Assembly (NCBI GenBank): GCA_951406725.2
Contig: OX597838.1
Coordinates: forward strand, 20,770,001-20,834,000
Source of the DNA: Octopus vulgaris
Taxonomy: Eukaryota
Reading direction: 5' to 3'
Length of the DNA stretch: 64,000 nt
Part shown: positions 1 through 12,875 of the stretch, piece after piece
Layout of the letters: every line of letters begins with the position of its first letter
Numbering within the stretch: position 1 is the first letter of the stretch
Notes under the pieces: model-generated
Told to the model about the DNA's origin: nothing
The model's database searches: none
The model's input: only the letters and a program-made list of their open reading frames with translations
Translations under genes and position numbers: made by a program

Positions 1-667
1 AGTAACCTATCTTTATTTTGGCTGTAAATTTTGGTTTGAAAATTTCAACTCGCATGCCAGAAAATATGGTACATGGCTATGCCCTTCACCACACACATTT
101 GAAGTTATGAACTTGTGTGGTGTTCTTGGGTTCACGGTTCTCATTGAGCTGTTTATGATTGTCCTAACCTCAGTGAATTTATGCACACTTTCCTCTCAAC
201 CTTCTATATCTAATCACTCAAAAACTGCCATATCACAAACAGAACTTATAATGGCAAAGTACCAAATTAAATATAATTTTAGCTCTCAAACATCTGTGTC
301 ACAATTGAAGCTTTATTGATCATCTCTTTGCATTTTATTGATCATCTCTCTTCATTTAGTTGGAGCCAGTTTAAATTTATTAAATTGATAAAGCTAGTGT
401 TTTTATAGTAAGACCTGTCTTCTTGCATTTAAGACCAGTCTGTTCTTCATTATTGCCATTCTCTTATTGTGTAACCTATTTTTATGAAGTAGTATTAGTC
501 TGCCTGTGATGATACCCTCATCTTATGCTAAGACCAGTCTGCACTTGATGATTGTCATTCTCTTATGGTGTAACCTAGTTTCTTGAACTAAGATTAGAGA
601 ATTAGTGTTGTAAAGACTGAGACATTGGTCTTCTTAAGAAAGTTTTCGCAGAGCACTCTGCATATTC

Positions 668-962
668 GTGGAGGCACATGGCCTAGTGGTTAAAGCAGCG
701 GACTCGCGGTCGAGGGATCGCAGGTTTGAATCTCAGACCGGGTGGTGTGTGTGTTTATGAATGAAACACCTAAGCTCCACGCGGCTCCAGCAGACGGTAA
801 TGGCGAACCTCTGCTGACTCTTTCGCCACAACTTTCTCTCACTCTTTCCTCCTGCATCTTGCAGCTCACCTGTGACGGACCAGCGTCCTGTCCAGGTGGG
901 GAACCTGTACGCCAAGAAACCGGCCCTTATGAGCCAGGCATGGCTCGAGAAGGAAGGAACAA
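668..962 (+). mobile_element. tRNA-derived SINE, family S1
   Basis: Head ggaggcacatggcctagtggttaaagcagcggactcgcggtc...ggtttgaatc with A/B-box-like motifs. Near-identical inverted copy at 47795-48097, flanked by tttctttaag repeats. Confidence 0.85.
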
Positions 963-1254
963 ATGTTAGTGGGACATTGCTGAAACAAGTGGAGATGTAT
1001 CTCAGAGCTGTATTCTTGAGAGATGGGAAGCAGGGGGCTGAATTGGATGCTTAGAATTGCAGGTGTTGGCACAGTGATGCGTCAGCTCCACCATTCAGTC
1101 CTCAGAAAAGGAGAGGTTGGTAACAAAAAGGCAAAACTTGCAATTTCCCATTTGGTTTCGATACCTATCCTCACCTATGGTCATGAAGGATAGGTAATAA
1201 CCTGAACGAGTGCAATCATGAATACAAGCAGCTGAAATGGGGGTTTCTCTGGAA

Positions 1255-1513
1255 CAGTGGTACTCAACCATTTTTTCTCTGTGTAACCCCTTGGTTCTTA
1301 TTTTACTCTACTGAACCTCCATAGCCATTCAATGTTTTAAAAATCCTATTGTATTTTTATAATGAAATATTATTCGGAATTGAATCAAAGAGAAAAGAAG
1401 TTAAAATAATCTGTGTATTGTAGAAGTGTAACCAATTTATTGCACATAAATTGGAAAGACAAAATCTTATATGGACCCCCAAGGGCCATATGGACTCCGG
1501 TTGAGAACTGCTG
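1255..1513. mobile_element. hAT-type MITE
   Basis: TIRs cagtggtactcaacc / ggttgagaactgctg and an 8-bp TSD ctctggaa/ctctggag. Confidence 0.8.
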
Positions 1514-1559
1514 CTCTGGAGGGTCTCAGAAGTAATGTTACTTGACAAGGTGTATAACT

Positions 1560-1948
1560 CGGAGATCAGGGAGTTTCTCCCAGTTGAGTTGCTACTTCTT
1601 TGCATTGAGGGTTCACAACCCTAGTACTATTGGCTGGGTCATGCCCTCCGTTATCGACCAGGAGAATTCATCTACGAAGCAATTGCCCCAGCTCCCCTTC
1701 AGGGTTGGCGAAAGCGATGTGGTGGACAACAAAAAACTTGGCTGATGACAGTCAAGGCTGATCTGGAACCCAACCTAGACCCCCATATCTACGGCATTCG
1801 CCGCTGGAATAAGGAGTGGTTGGAGATCATGCGGTCGTTAGCCTCAAATCATCAGGCCTGGTTGGCATTTGTGAGAGATGCAGCATTGAGGATGAATGAA
1901 GCCAGCTCAACCCACCCTGGGTGAATGCTGTCAAGTCAAGTCAGTCAG
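1560..1948 (+). mobile_element. 3' end of an RTE-clade LINE
   Basis: Frame 1631-1924 reads WLGHALRYRPGEFIYEAIAPAPLQGWRKRCGGQQKTWLMTVKADLEP...YGIRRWNKEW...HPG*, a typical RTE C-terminus, followed by a (caagt)n tail. Confidence 0.8.
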
Positions 1949-2889
1949 ATGAGAATGTTGCAGGAAAGAATCACAAGACAGATTTTTTTTTTGCTGAGCT
2001 AACAGGTAGGAGACCTAGGAGTTGAACGAGATGGTTGAATAATATCCCTAGTCTCAGTTGGTCATGCTTGGGAATCCAATCAGAAAGCGTAATGATGGTT
2101 GTTTTTGATAGGACCCTATGAAGGAGGTGTCTGAGGATGTTACTTCCATGATCCTCCCAGGATAGTTGAAGATGTATGGATGGATGAATACTCTGCCTTT
2201 AATAATACCTTCCTTTCGTAGTAAAACCAGTCTGTCCTTGATAATTATCATTCTCTTATAGTGTAACCTGTTTTTATGAACTGCAGTTAGGCTGCTTTTG
2301 ATTATACCCTCTTATGCTAAGACTAGTCTGCTCTTAATAATTACCGAACTCTTGGAGTAAGATCCATTATCTCTTGATAAGGCCTGTCATCTCAAATTAA
2401 GCCGGGTGTCCTCTAAGACCAAACAGCCAAAGAGCAGCAATTTGTTTTAATGTGGTAGCATATCTCAAGCCAGCACTTGCTGGATTTTAATACGTAACAT
2501 TTGTAAATCTGGGAAGATATGATTATGTGACTGCAATTGCCTTGGCTGCAGGTCATACAGGAAAGATGTGGACTGTGACCACCACTTGTTTTGGCCGCAT
2601 ATCAGAACAGGAAATGAGCTCTGTAATTGTAAATCTAACCTCAGTTTCTAAGGTCACGTCTAACCGCCTTATTTTATGACTTTTCTCCTCCTCCTTTCCT
2701 CTCTGTCTCTTCTTCTTCTTCTTCTTCTTCTTTCCTCTCTTGCTCTCACATCACCCATCATTCACCAGTTCATTAATTACTATTGATTTCAACTGAATCT
2801 TTTTCCCATTGTCTAGTGTGCACAAGTCAAGCAGGTACTAGATTTGAACTTCGTTGTTCTTGTTGTGTAGCTTTGTTTATGCTGTTTAA

Positions 2890-3153
2890 CCCTTTGGCAT
2901 TCGGATTACTGTCAAACGTAAGGCTTATTTAATCCCTTTGTTTTCAATTAATCATGCATTATCTTGGAGCTTTGAGATTTCAATGATGTGATTTGTTTAT
3001 TTTTAGAATGACATTGTAGAGTAGGTGTGAGAGGCCAGATCTGACTTGTTTCAACATAAAACAAAATAGAATATTTGAGCCTGGTGTGACTGATTTGAAT
3101 ATATACCAGGTAGAGTATTTGGGCTGGATATGGCTAGTTTAAATGCTAAAGGG
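2890..3153. mobile_element. TTAA-flanked piggyBac-type MITE, family A
   Basis: TTAA|CCCTTTGGCATT...AATGCTAAAGGG|TTAA. Further copies at 19568-19788, 29898-31117 (interrupted) and 35739-36357 (interrupted). Confidence 0.8.
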
Positions 3154-4052
3154 TTAACCCTAAATTTAGCTGCTGTTTCTAGTAAGCTGAACAACAATGT
3201 AGAACAGTCAAGGACACCCTGCAACTAGAGGAACTTTCTGAATAGTAAACCTAACAAAAGATTATACTCTCTTTACTCTTTTACTTGTTTCAGTCATTTG
3301 ACTGCAGCCATGCTGGAGCACCGCCTTTAGTCGAGCAAATTGACCCCGGGACTTATTCTTTGTAAGCCCAGTACTTATTCTATCGGTCTCTTTTGCCGAA
3401 CCGCTAAGTGACGGGAATGTAAACACACCAACATCGGTTGTCATCAAAAACACCATCAACGTCACCATCATCGTCATTATCACTGCCCTCATCTCCACCA
3501 CCCCTGGCCACCATCATTCTTGCTATCAACCTCTTTACCATTAACTATAAAGCAGTCTTCAATAATGGTCCAAAATTGCTGTTCCTCACAATCATACATT
3601 ATTTTTCAAAATTTCTTCTGGTCTCTCATAAGCCAATGAGAGTGCTCCTAAGTGGTCACACAACCTGCTAGAATTAGCAGCCAATTCTTCATCAAACCTA
3701 ACTGCATTTAAAAAAGAAGCATATATTGATGTAGTCATGAACACACCTAACTTGAAAATTAATGAAGTGGTCATGGTTGGAATGCCTTTGATCTTAAGTT
3801 TGCTCAGTCATGGTTGTCCTGGGTAAATATCACCTTCACTACCACCGTCATCATCTTGGTCGTATCCTCGTCCATCATTGTTTTAATGGTCATTTTTTTT
3901 TTCTTTTTTTACTATTTTATATCTCTGTTGGCCTGGATTAAGTTGATCCTCAGTTGAAGAGGATCTTTTTGTCTTGTTAGTTACACAGCATCCATTCTCG
4001 CTAGTGCCACGAGCAAAACAACCCAGTACACTCAGTAGAGTAGTTGGTATTA

Positions 4053-4282
4053 AGAAGGGCGAGCTGGCAGAAACGTTAGCACGCCGGGCGAAATGCTTTG
4101 TGGTATTTCGTCTACCGTTACGTTCTGAGTTCAAATTCCGCCGAGGTCGACTTTGCCTTTCATCCTTTCGAGGTCGATAAATCAAGTACCAGTTACGCAC
4201 TGGGGTCGATATAATCGACTTAATCCCCTTGTTTGTCCCCTCTGTGTTTAGCCCCTTGTGGGTAGTAAAGAAATAGGTATTA
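4053..4282 (+). mobile_element. SINE family S3
   Basis: ggcgagctggcagaaacgttagc...gagttcaaattcc (B-box-like)...gtcgactttgcctttcatcctttc...aagtaccag. More than 15 copies occur in the window. Confidence 0.85.
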
Positions 4283-5244
4283 AGAAGGGCACCCAGCTGT
4301 AGGAACCATGTTTCAATGCAGACATAGAAGCATGGATTGGTCCCCCGATTCTTTGGATCCTGGTGAACCATCCACACCATGTCAGCATAGAAGATAGATA
4401 TTAAGTAATGATTCTCACTCACCCTCTCGCTCACTCGCTCGCTCACTCACTCACTCACTCACTCACTCACTCACTCACTCACTCACCCACTCTCTCTCTC
4501 ATACATGCTCCTATTAGTATTCTTAATACCAATGCTTTGCTTCTCATTCAAATACAAATCTTTCGTTTTTATAGGCAACAGCTGGAAATAGGGTGCATAC
4601 ATTCTCTATGTACCTGACTTCAAGTATATGATTTTGATACTTTAAACTGCATTCTTTGGCTATATATGAGGCATAACCAATAGTGTATAATACATATATA
4701 GTGTCACTCAAACATATGGCAAATTATTTATATAAAACCATTAAGTTTACCTTGTGTATATATATATATATAATGTTCAGCCCCTCCTACTTTGTAACAT
4801 GCTGAGAGATGGGTAGTGATGAAGTTAATAGATGTATATTGAGCTTCAAGGGGTGGGGATGACAGACCCTTGCACATGGCAGTTAAAATTAGAAAATGCG
4901 AGCTGATGAAGAAACTATTATGCGATTACTTAAAATGCTAGAAATGGCAACCGAATCTCCATAAAATTCTACTCTACCATCTTGGCGCTCTGTTGGTTTC
5001 AGCAATGGGTATTCGGTTGTTTGATCAACCAAACTACCTGCACTCTCTTTATTCTTTTTTTTTTCTCTTTTACTTGTTTCAGTCTTTTGACTGCGGCCAT
5101 GCTGGAGCACTGCCCTTTTACTCGAGCAAATCGACCACCAGGACTTATTCTTTGTAAGCCTAGTACTTATTCTATCGGTCTTTCTTTCGCCGAACTGCTA
5201 AGTTACGGGGACGTAAACACACCAGCATTGTTCGTTATGTAATA

Positions 5245-5453
5245 TGAGGAGGTGATGAAAAAGTACATGGCTTTAGGGGTATTGCGAAGGACTTTGCTGG
5301 AGGCCCGACCTTCCGAGTTCTTTTACAGGGCTTCGAAAAACTGAAGGACTGCTGCAATAAGTGTGAGAAAGGAATATGTTGAATAAAATCTTAACTAATC
5401 CTCCTGTATTTTTTTTTTTGCCCAGAGCCAGGAACTTTTCAGGCATCCCTTTG
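5245..5453. mobile_element. Mariner/Tc1-type MITE
   Basis: TA-flanked, with degenerate TIRs tgaggaggtgatgaaaaagtacatggct / agccaggaacttttcaggcatccctttg. Confidence 0.6.
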
Positions 5454-6737
5454 TAAATATATGCAATTGTTGATCAGCATCAGATCATGTTTTGCTTCAG
5501 TGGATTTACGGGTGGCCCTGAAACCATGTGGTTGGGAAGTGAACTACTAAACTATGCAGCCACGTCTGCTCTTACACATTCTATATGATAGAAATAACAG
5601 CCAAATACCCTCCAAATCACACTTTACCATTTGAAGAAAAAAATTAAAAAAGGTTGACTCACATTACATGATGTTGTCCTAGATGCACCAATCGACTAAA
5701 AGCTGGGGTTGATCACAGCTGTGACAAACAGCATAGATCTGATGAATCATGGTCTATATAATATGAAAAAAAGAAATTAAAAAAAAACACAACATTCAAC
5801 CCACAAATAATCTGTTTCAAAGATCAGACAGTGATGATGATTATATACATTTCCAGACACAAACAAACAAGAATGCCTCCAGGTCTGCTCTCATCATAGC
5901 TGACCAGGGATTTAACATTTACCTCACTAATAAGTCTTCAGAGCTCACACTTTGACCTTTGTAATACATACATGCATACGGTTTGTTTGTTTGTTTGTAT
6001 ATATGTATGTATGTATGTATCACTCAATCAGTCACTCAATCAATCAAATGTATTTACTAATCCATACAAGAAGTTGCAGCATAGAAGAAATAAATTATCT
6101 GCTGAACTAAGCTTTTGATGTGACCTCCTTTCGTGGATGTCACATGACCTTAATACACAGACAGAGAACTGACTGAAAATTCCCTTAACACATCACATGA
6201 CTGTCCTCAACCAATCAATCTGTATATTAGCTGATAGCAATCTGAGCCATGTTCCCTCAATAAAAAATGGATGGGTTTTATATCACAGCCAGAAGCAATA
6301 CAATTTGTGACACAGTTCTACATCCTTCAAAACTTACACTTTTGTGAAACCGGTTAAATATATTAATTTTTATACAAATTAATCTTAGACACTCTCTCTT
6401 TATTTCTTATATATTGATTCAGTCCCACTGCATGACACCTTAGGCAAGTGTCTTCTATAGCTTTGGACCAACCAAATATACATACATGCTTATATAAATA
6501 ATAATAATAATACATATAAATATATATGGAAGCCTTTTTGTCTATGTTTGTCTACCACCACTGATTGACAACCGGTGTTGGTGTATTTACATCCCTGTAA
6601 CTTAGCAGTTCAGCAGAAGAGACTGATAGAAGTAACAGGCTGAAAAATAAGTACTGGGGTCGATTTGTTTGAATCAAATTCTTTAAGGCCATTCTCCCAG
6701 CATGGTTGCAATCTGATTACTAAAATATATATATATA

Positions 6738-7078
6738 TATTATATTAAATTAGAGATAAAACCACTATTAGGCAAATCATACAATGAAAAACTTAAGCCA
6801 ATACATAAGATTATTTAATTTATATTATTTAAATATATATCAAAATTATTAAAAAAGATAATTAATATAACGCTACGATCGTTTCATGGCTGTTCAATTC
6901 TTAAAATTTTCGAGTTACAGTCATTCTTCAGGTGGTTTACATATTTAACTTGGCGAGGTTTAATCAATTAATAATTTTGATATTTAAATAATATAAATTA
7001 ATTAATCTTCTGTATTGGCTTAAGTTTTTCATTGTATAATTTGCCTAATGGTGGTTTTATCTCTAATTTAATATAATA
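6738..7078 (-). mobile_element. Fold-back Penelope-like pLTR element in (TA)n
   Basis: Inverted arms of about 115 bp (6738-6852 and 6966-7078) with a hammerhead motif in the spacer. Confidence 0.75.
6869..6937 (-). ncRNA. Minimal type-I hammerhead ribozyme motif
   Basis: Minus strand: aaccac CTGAAGA atgactgt...acagccat GAAAC gatc GTA gcgtt. The core is intact, stem II is long, stem III is palindromic and stem I is weak. Confidence 0.7.
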
Positions 7079-7594
7079 TATATATATATATATATATATA
7101 AAAAGAATGCCTTTGAATTTGTTCCAACAGAGTCAATCTGAGGTGTAGACAACAACTTCTGAGTCATAAGTATGTTGTTGCTTTGTCCCCCTTATCAGGT
7201 CTAAACTAGACAGCACTATGGTCAAAAGCATTCCAGCCATGACCATCTTGTCTTTTTATAAATATCTCAGACAGTGTTATTCAAGTTTGTCCTTGTCTGT
7301 GTTTCAGGTAACTAGGGTGGTACTAGGCTGCTATTTCTGGCCAGTTAAGCTCTCTAATAAATCTTCTTGAGAGGTCAAAGTTTAATCTTAATTATCACTC
7401 CATCACAAGAATTCCCCCTCTGGGTCTGCTTGATCACAAACCAACTTGGAGTTGGCTACACAACACAAAATGCTTCAAATTCCAGCATATACAAAGCAAA
7501 AGGCCATTAGCGTACGATAATTAACAGTATTGCATTTATACTTATGTAGTCAATGAGTATTCTGTCCCAGAATACATTATCATTAGAGTTGATT

Positions 7595-7815
7595 ACTGTT
7601 GTTATTTAGCCACAGATGGCACCCAATCCGAACTAGACCACTGATCAAAAGCAATTCACCCATGACCATCCAGTCTTAATTTTTTTCTTTTTCAAAGTAT
7701 TACTGTAAACTTAGTATGGTATCCTTTTTTTTTTTAAGATGGTAGGATGTGATTTGAGAAAAACTTGGTTGCTTTTTTCGAGCAAGTTGAGCAACTCCAT
7801 AGATGTTCCCTTGTT
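7595..7815 (-). mobile_element. Old degenerate interspersed repeat (probable SINE 3' part)
   Basis: gttgtt..ttagcc...gatcaaa.gcattccagc..tgaccatc...gtgatttgag...tttggctgctatttc recurs at about 3640, 7170, 11785, 15800, 19270, 47650, 49490 and 50400. Confidence 0.55.
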
Positions 7816-8742
7816 CATTAATTATGGCTGAAGTTAATTACTGACAAGCTACTAATACTTTCTGTGGTGCTTGTTCAAAATGTTTATCATCAGAATGGTG
7901 GCATTTTGATAAGGTGAGGGTCACAGTTTTGAGTTAGGGTTAGGGTTTGTGTCATCTCAAATTAGTTTTGTTGGCTTGTCATTGGTTTTCAAGGGTTTTT
8001 AATTAATTACATTTACCCTAGTAAGGTACTGGCATGGGTGTGTAGTAACAAGTTTGCTTCTCAACCACATGGTTTTGTGTTCAATTCCACTCTGTGGCAC
8101 CTTGGGCAACTGTCTTCTGCTATAGCCCCAAGTTGACCACAGCCTTCTGTCAGTGGATTTGGCTGACAGAAACTGAAAGGAATCTGTTGTATGTTTATAT
8201 ATTTTCTGTTATTTTGTTAAATACTGGCTGTATTAATCCTGGTTTCTGCAATCAGGGAGGACAGGGATCTTAGTTTTCTTGCTTTGATTTCTTCCTTCTT
8301 GTTCCATTTTTTGCATCAATCTTCTTCACGTATTTTTTCTTTTCATATTTTTTTCTTATTTTCTCATTGTCCAGTGTCCTTGTTTTTGAAATATATATAA
8401 AGCATAAAACAGAACCTGAAGATTGATTGGAGATACATGGTTGTATTTTGTAAATATGCCTAAAGTATCACCAAAGCATGAAACTATTATTAGCTTTTTC
8501 AGTTGTGTATTAAATTGATATTTATCTCTCACTGGATGGAGTACTTTTTGTGTTGATTCTTCCTATATTGGATCTATAAACCATATATATATACACACAC
8601 ACACTTCCCAACCACATGGTTCTGGGTTCAGTCCTACTGCGTGGCACCTTAGGAAAGTGTCTTCTACTATATAAAGCCTTGGGCCAACCAAAGCCTTGTG
8701 AGTGGATTTGGTAGATGGAAACTGAAAGAAGCCCGTTGTGTG

Positions 8743-8773
<31 letters not shown>

Positions 8774-9466
8774 TTGTGTTGTCCCCCACCATCGCTTGGT
8801 GACTGATGTTGGTGTGTTTACGTTCTGAAACTTAGTGGTTTGGCAAAAGAGACTGATAGAATAAGTACTAGGCTTACAAAGAATATAAGTCCTGGGGTTG
8901 CATGGTTGCAATCAAATAACTGAAACAAAAATAAAAGAAAAAATATATAATGTGTGTATATTGAGGGGTGGGGGAGGTACTGTCTACTTGCCTTGAAATC
9001 TTTTGATATTTGTAAATGAGAGTTACAGTCAATGGAGTGGTGTCTTTCATTTCCAACCTTAACCAGAGGAATATTAATTTATTTGAAAATAGCTGAGGGC
9101 TGGAGACAGAAAGGGTATCCAACCATAGAAAATCTGCCTCAACAAATTCCATCCAACCCATGCTAGCACAGAAAAGTGGACATCAAAACAAGGAGGATGT
9201 TGGTGTCACACAGCTCTGCGTCATAAAATTAGTACCTTTTCAAATTATGGCTTCTGCACAGTCTCATCTCTGTTAAATTCCATCCACATGATGGTTAGTT
9301 AGTCAACTTAAATCTACAGTAAACAACACTTAAGATGCCAGTGATACTGTGGGATTGAATCTGGAAGCTTGAGGCTTCAAAGAAAACTTAACAAGAATTG
9401 CATAGAAACAGTGACTCGAGTGGCTCAAAATTTGATACCTCATGAAATAAATTTAAATGAATTTAA

Positions 9467-10244
9467 CCTCTTTACTGTGGACGTCAGATATATCTGCTCA
9501 AAATTTCATTGCTCTTACTTAAGTGCAAAAAGCAGTTTTGTATACCAATCTGTCTTTTGTTGAAGAATGTCACGTTTGAAACTATTTTTATGTATGTATG
9601 GATGGATGGTGGTTATGAGAGGTTAGGGTGTCAGTGAGACCCAAAGGTATCAGGTAATGCTGAATAAGTGCTATGCATAGACCATAGTTAAGTTCCAGGT
9701 TCAGTGATTATGTGAGTAAGGGGTCCAACTTAGGTCATATATCAGCATGTGTATATAAAAAATTTCTTTTCCGTAATGAGATAAAAAAACCAAGGCTGTG
9801 TAGATTTTAAAACATTTAGAAATAGGTCTTACAGCTGTTTCCGGGATATTTTATATATTCCTTCATCGGAGACGGTGTGAGAAAATGGTTGAGCGATAGT
9901 TAATATAGATACGATACGAAATAGAGAGTGAGGTGGAGGAATGAAAATAGATTTGAGATATGCAGGGATATTGTATTTGTAGATCCATTATTTAGGCAGA
10001 ATGGTATATATATAAGATTCCAGTATTCTATGAGTAAAATCCAATAGTATTTAAAATTGGTCATTTCAAGTATAGAGTTTATACACAGTGTTATTGAATC
10101 AAGGGTTTTATTTAAAGTGACCTAAAAGTAGGGGATGTGTGTATTTATCTTTCTATCATTGTACCTTTTGACTTACCCTCCCTCCTTTGTATCTTTTTGT
10201 CTCCAATGTCATGTTTGAAACTACTTAATTTCACAGTTAAAGGG
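9467..10244. mobile_element. TTAA-flanked MITE (family C) carrying nested insertions
   Basis: TTAA|CCTCTTTACTGTG...CACAGTTAAAGGG|TTAA. A related terminus lies at 33692-33724. Confidence 0.6.
9826..9873 (-). ncRNA. Minimal hammerhead motif in a Penelope-like fragment
   Basis: Minus strand: GTCT CCGATGA a ggaatat-ataaa-atatccc g GAAAC agct GTA AGAC. Stem I is GTCT/AGAC, stem III is palindromic, and there is one core change (U4>C). Confidence 0.7.
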
Positions 10245-10650
10245 TTAAAGATGTTGATTCATTTTATCAATCTCTACTGAATTAAGTGACACTTGACATA
10301 AAGAGGCACATCTCAAAAGACCAGTTCTCACCAGTAAAATTCAATATGAACACATTCCACCCATCCCCTTGTGCTTGAGAAATTTTTGTCAAGCCAAGTG
10401 AAATTGCAATTGTGGCCAGTGCTGGAGACGCATAAAAAGCATCCTTGCTGTTGACATGTAAAAGGCACTCATGGTAGTAACACATAAAAGGCATCCACTA
10501 CATTCTTGGAGTGGTGGTGTTAGGAAGGGCTTCCAAGTGTGGAAACCAAGCCAAATCAGACTGGAACCTGGTACAGCTTACCAGTTCCATTTAGACTGTC
10601 TAACCCAGGCCAGCATGGAAAGCAGATGCTAAGTAATAATAATGATGATA

Positions 10651-10703
<53 letters not shown>

Positions 10704-10707
<4 letters not shown>

Positions 10708-11050
10708 CACCATTCGAGTGTGATCGTTACCAGCATCGCCTTACTGGCACTTGTGAAAAAACATTCGAGCGAGGTCATTGCCAGTGCCGCTGGACTGACT
10801 CCTGTGCAGGTGGCACATAAAAAACACCATTTGAGCGTGGCCGTTGCCAGTACCGCCTGACTGGCCCTTGTGCCGGTGGCAAATAAAAGCATCCACTACA
10901 CTCTCGGAGTGGTTGGCATTAGGAAGGGCATCCAGCTGTAGAAACTCTGTCAGATCAGACTGGAGCCTGATGCAGCCATCTGGTTCACCAGACCCCAGTC
11001 AAATCGTCCAACCCATGCTAGCATGGAAAGCAGACGTTAAACGATGATGA
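10704..11050 (+). mobile_element. 3' end/3'UTR of an RTE-type LINE (repeat S4) with internal ~65-bp repeats and a (TGA)n tail
   Basis: ...aggaagggcatccagctgtagaaac...aacccatgctagcatggaaagcagacgttaaacgatgatga. Copies at 20047-20570(-), 27890-28258, 39168-39418(-), 53246-53610, 57851-58275(-), 60976-61180(-) and 62630-62988. The copy at 27950 continues from the RTE ORF end seen at 14700-14850. Confidence 0.75.
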
Positions 11051-11075
11051 TAGTTGCCATGAAGATCGTTAGCCA

Positions 11076-11242
11076 CTACACACATTTTTTTCTCTCCTTG
11101 TTTTTTCTGCGCCCCTTTCTGTAGAAGAGCGTAGGCTCGAAACGTAAAAGACTTTTTCTATTCCTGAGCGTTATACTAATACATCTGTTTGTTTTGTACA
11201 CCACCTGTCTTCGTCTTTGTTTTTTTTTTCGTAAACTCTCCC

Positions 11243-11243
<1 letters not shown>
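11076..11243 (+). mobile_element. Penelope-like pLTR fragment with a degenerate hammerhead (11115-11150)
   Basis: CTTT CTGTAGA a GAGC gtag GCTC GAAAC GTA AAAG; the fragment ends in (TA)n. Confidence 0.6.
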
Positions 11244-11273
<30 letters not shown>

Positions 11274-11729
11274 GATGGCATCTGTACAGTTTCTGTTTAC
11301 TAAACTCCACTCACAAAGTGTTGGCCCGCCCAATGTACCAAGCTGTGAGGTTGAATTTAGAAGCTTGTTGCTGCAACGCAAAGTTCCTAGCAACAAGACT
11401 ACACCAGCACATATGTCTGCAACTTCTTGATTTGTTTATTTTCACTTAGTGCTAACTGAAAGGCAGGAGATAATCAAGAACCATCTTTAATGAAATTACC
11501 TAGAATAGAGCCCCTGTCTTCTTCTATGTGCTGGTAACTTCACAGTGCACATTCCAGCAGCACTGTAATCAACAAGACAAAATCATTAACATAACCAATG
11601 ATTGTATTACGGACACTGTCGAAAATAAGTTAATGAAAGTTTAACGACCCATTGCTAAAATATCTCAATCAATCCCTTGTTAGATTGGTTTTGTTAAGTC
11701 ATCTGGTTCAAGTCAAACTGTCATCAGTG

Positions 11730-11771
<42 letters not shown>

Positions 11772-12523
11772 AGGGAGAAGCTGTGATTTGTTGTTTAAGT
11801 CTCAGGTCAGCCTATGCCAAGAAGATAATTGATCACAGGCACTCCAACTGTGACCATCATCCAAGTTCTTTTTCTTTATTATCCTTGGCATAGTACACAC
11901 AGTACACACTAGATCACATTGCCCAATGATTTTCTTCATTCTTTTTCAAGTTGCCATGGTTGTGCGTATTTTTATTAATAATTAAGCGCAGGCATGGTTG
12001 TGCAGTAAGAAGCTTGCTTCCCAACCACATGGTTCCAGGTTCAATCCCACTCTGTGGCACCCCTTTGTACAGCCATGTAATGACACGCATGCTTTTCTCA
12101 GCCTATTATCTTTTCTTTCTCTCCAAATCTTTCCTCTTTCTGACAAAGAGCCATGCTTGAAACATCACACTCCCTCTTTTTTAATCTATCTTAAACTGAG
12201 CACTGACCTGATACATTCACTGTGTACATCCTTTTGACTTTTGTTGTGTTTATTTTTCTTTCATGCATACATACATACATACATACAGTCACATGTGTAT
12301 ATCTTTATAAATACATGTATGTGTATTTATCTTTCTATCATTGTACCTTTTGACTTTCCCCTCATTCTTCATATCCATTTATCTGTAACTTTTTATCTTT
12401 TTCCTTTTTGCGTCTTATCTACTCCTACTCTTGTTATCTATATATGGCTCTTCCTCTTTCTCACTCTCACTCATCTGCACCCCTTCTTTATATCCTTCCC
12501 CCCATGCATATATGTATATATAC

Positions 12524-12557
<34 letters not shown>

Positions 12558-12561
<4 letters not shown>

Positions 12562-12875
12562 GTAAATGTAATATGTGACAATTATTTGGTAGCCATGATA
12601 AACCTCCGAGTTTCGGATGTCGGGGCAAAAATCCACGACGCCATCTTTTCAGGTATCCGGCCATCGGAAAAAACATAGCAATTTTTACTATTGGCCGGAT
12701 AACTGAAGAGATGGCGGCGTGGATTTCCGCCCCGACATCCGTACTCTGAGGTTTAACATGGCTACTGAATAATTGTCACATATTACATTTATAGATAAAT
12801 TCCTCTATTTACGTAGTGATGTCTCATAATATCGAGGTCTCTTTCATTCTTTTGTTGTCTTATCATTTTTTCTAT

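Noticed and set aside
668-742. tRNA genes (also at 15096, 16255, 58295 and others)
   Set aside because: The tRNA-like heads run straight into SINE bodies and lack a proper acceptor stem and terminator.
4902-4915. Other CTGATGA hits (4903, 57692, 63673) as hammerheads
   Set aside because: No stem II/GAAA/stem III arrangement follows them.
7933-7946. Interstitial telomeric repeat
   Set aside because: Only two TTAGGG units, which is expected by chance.
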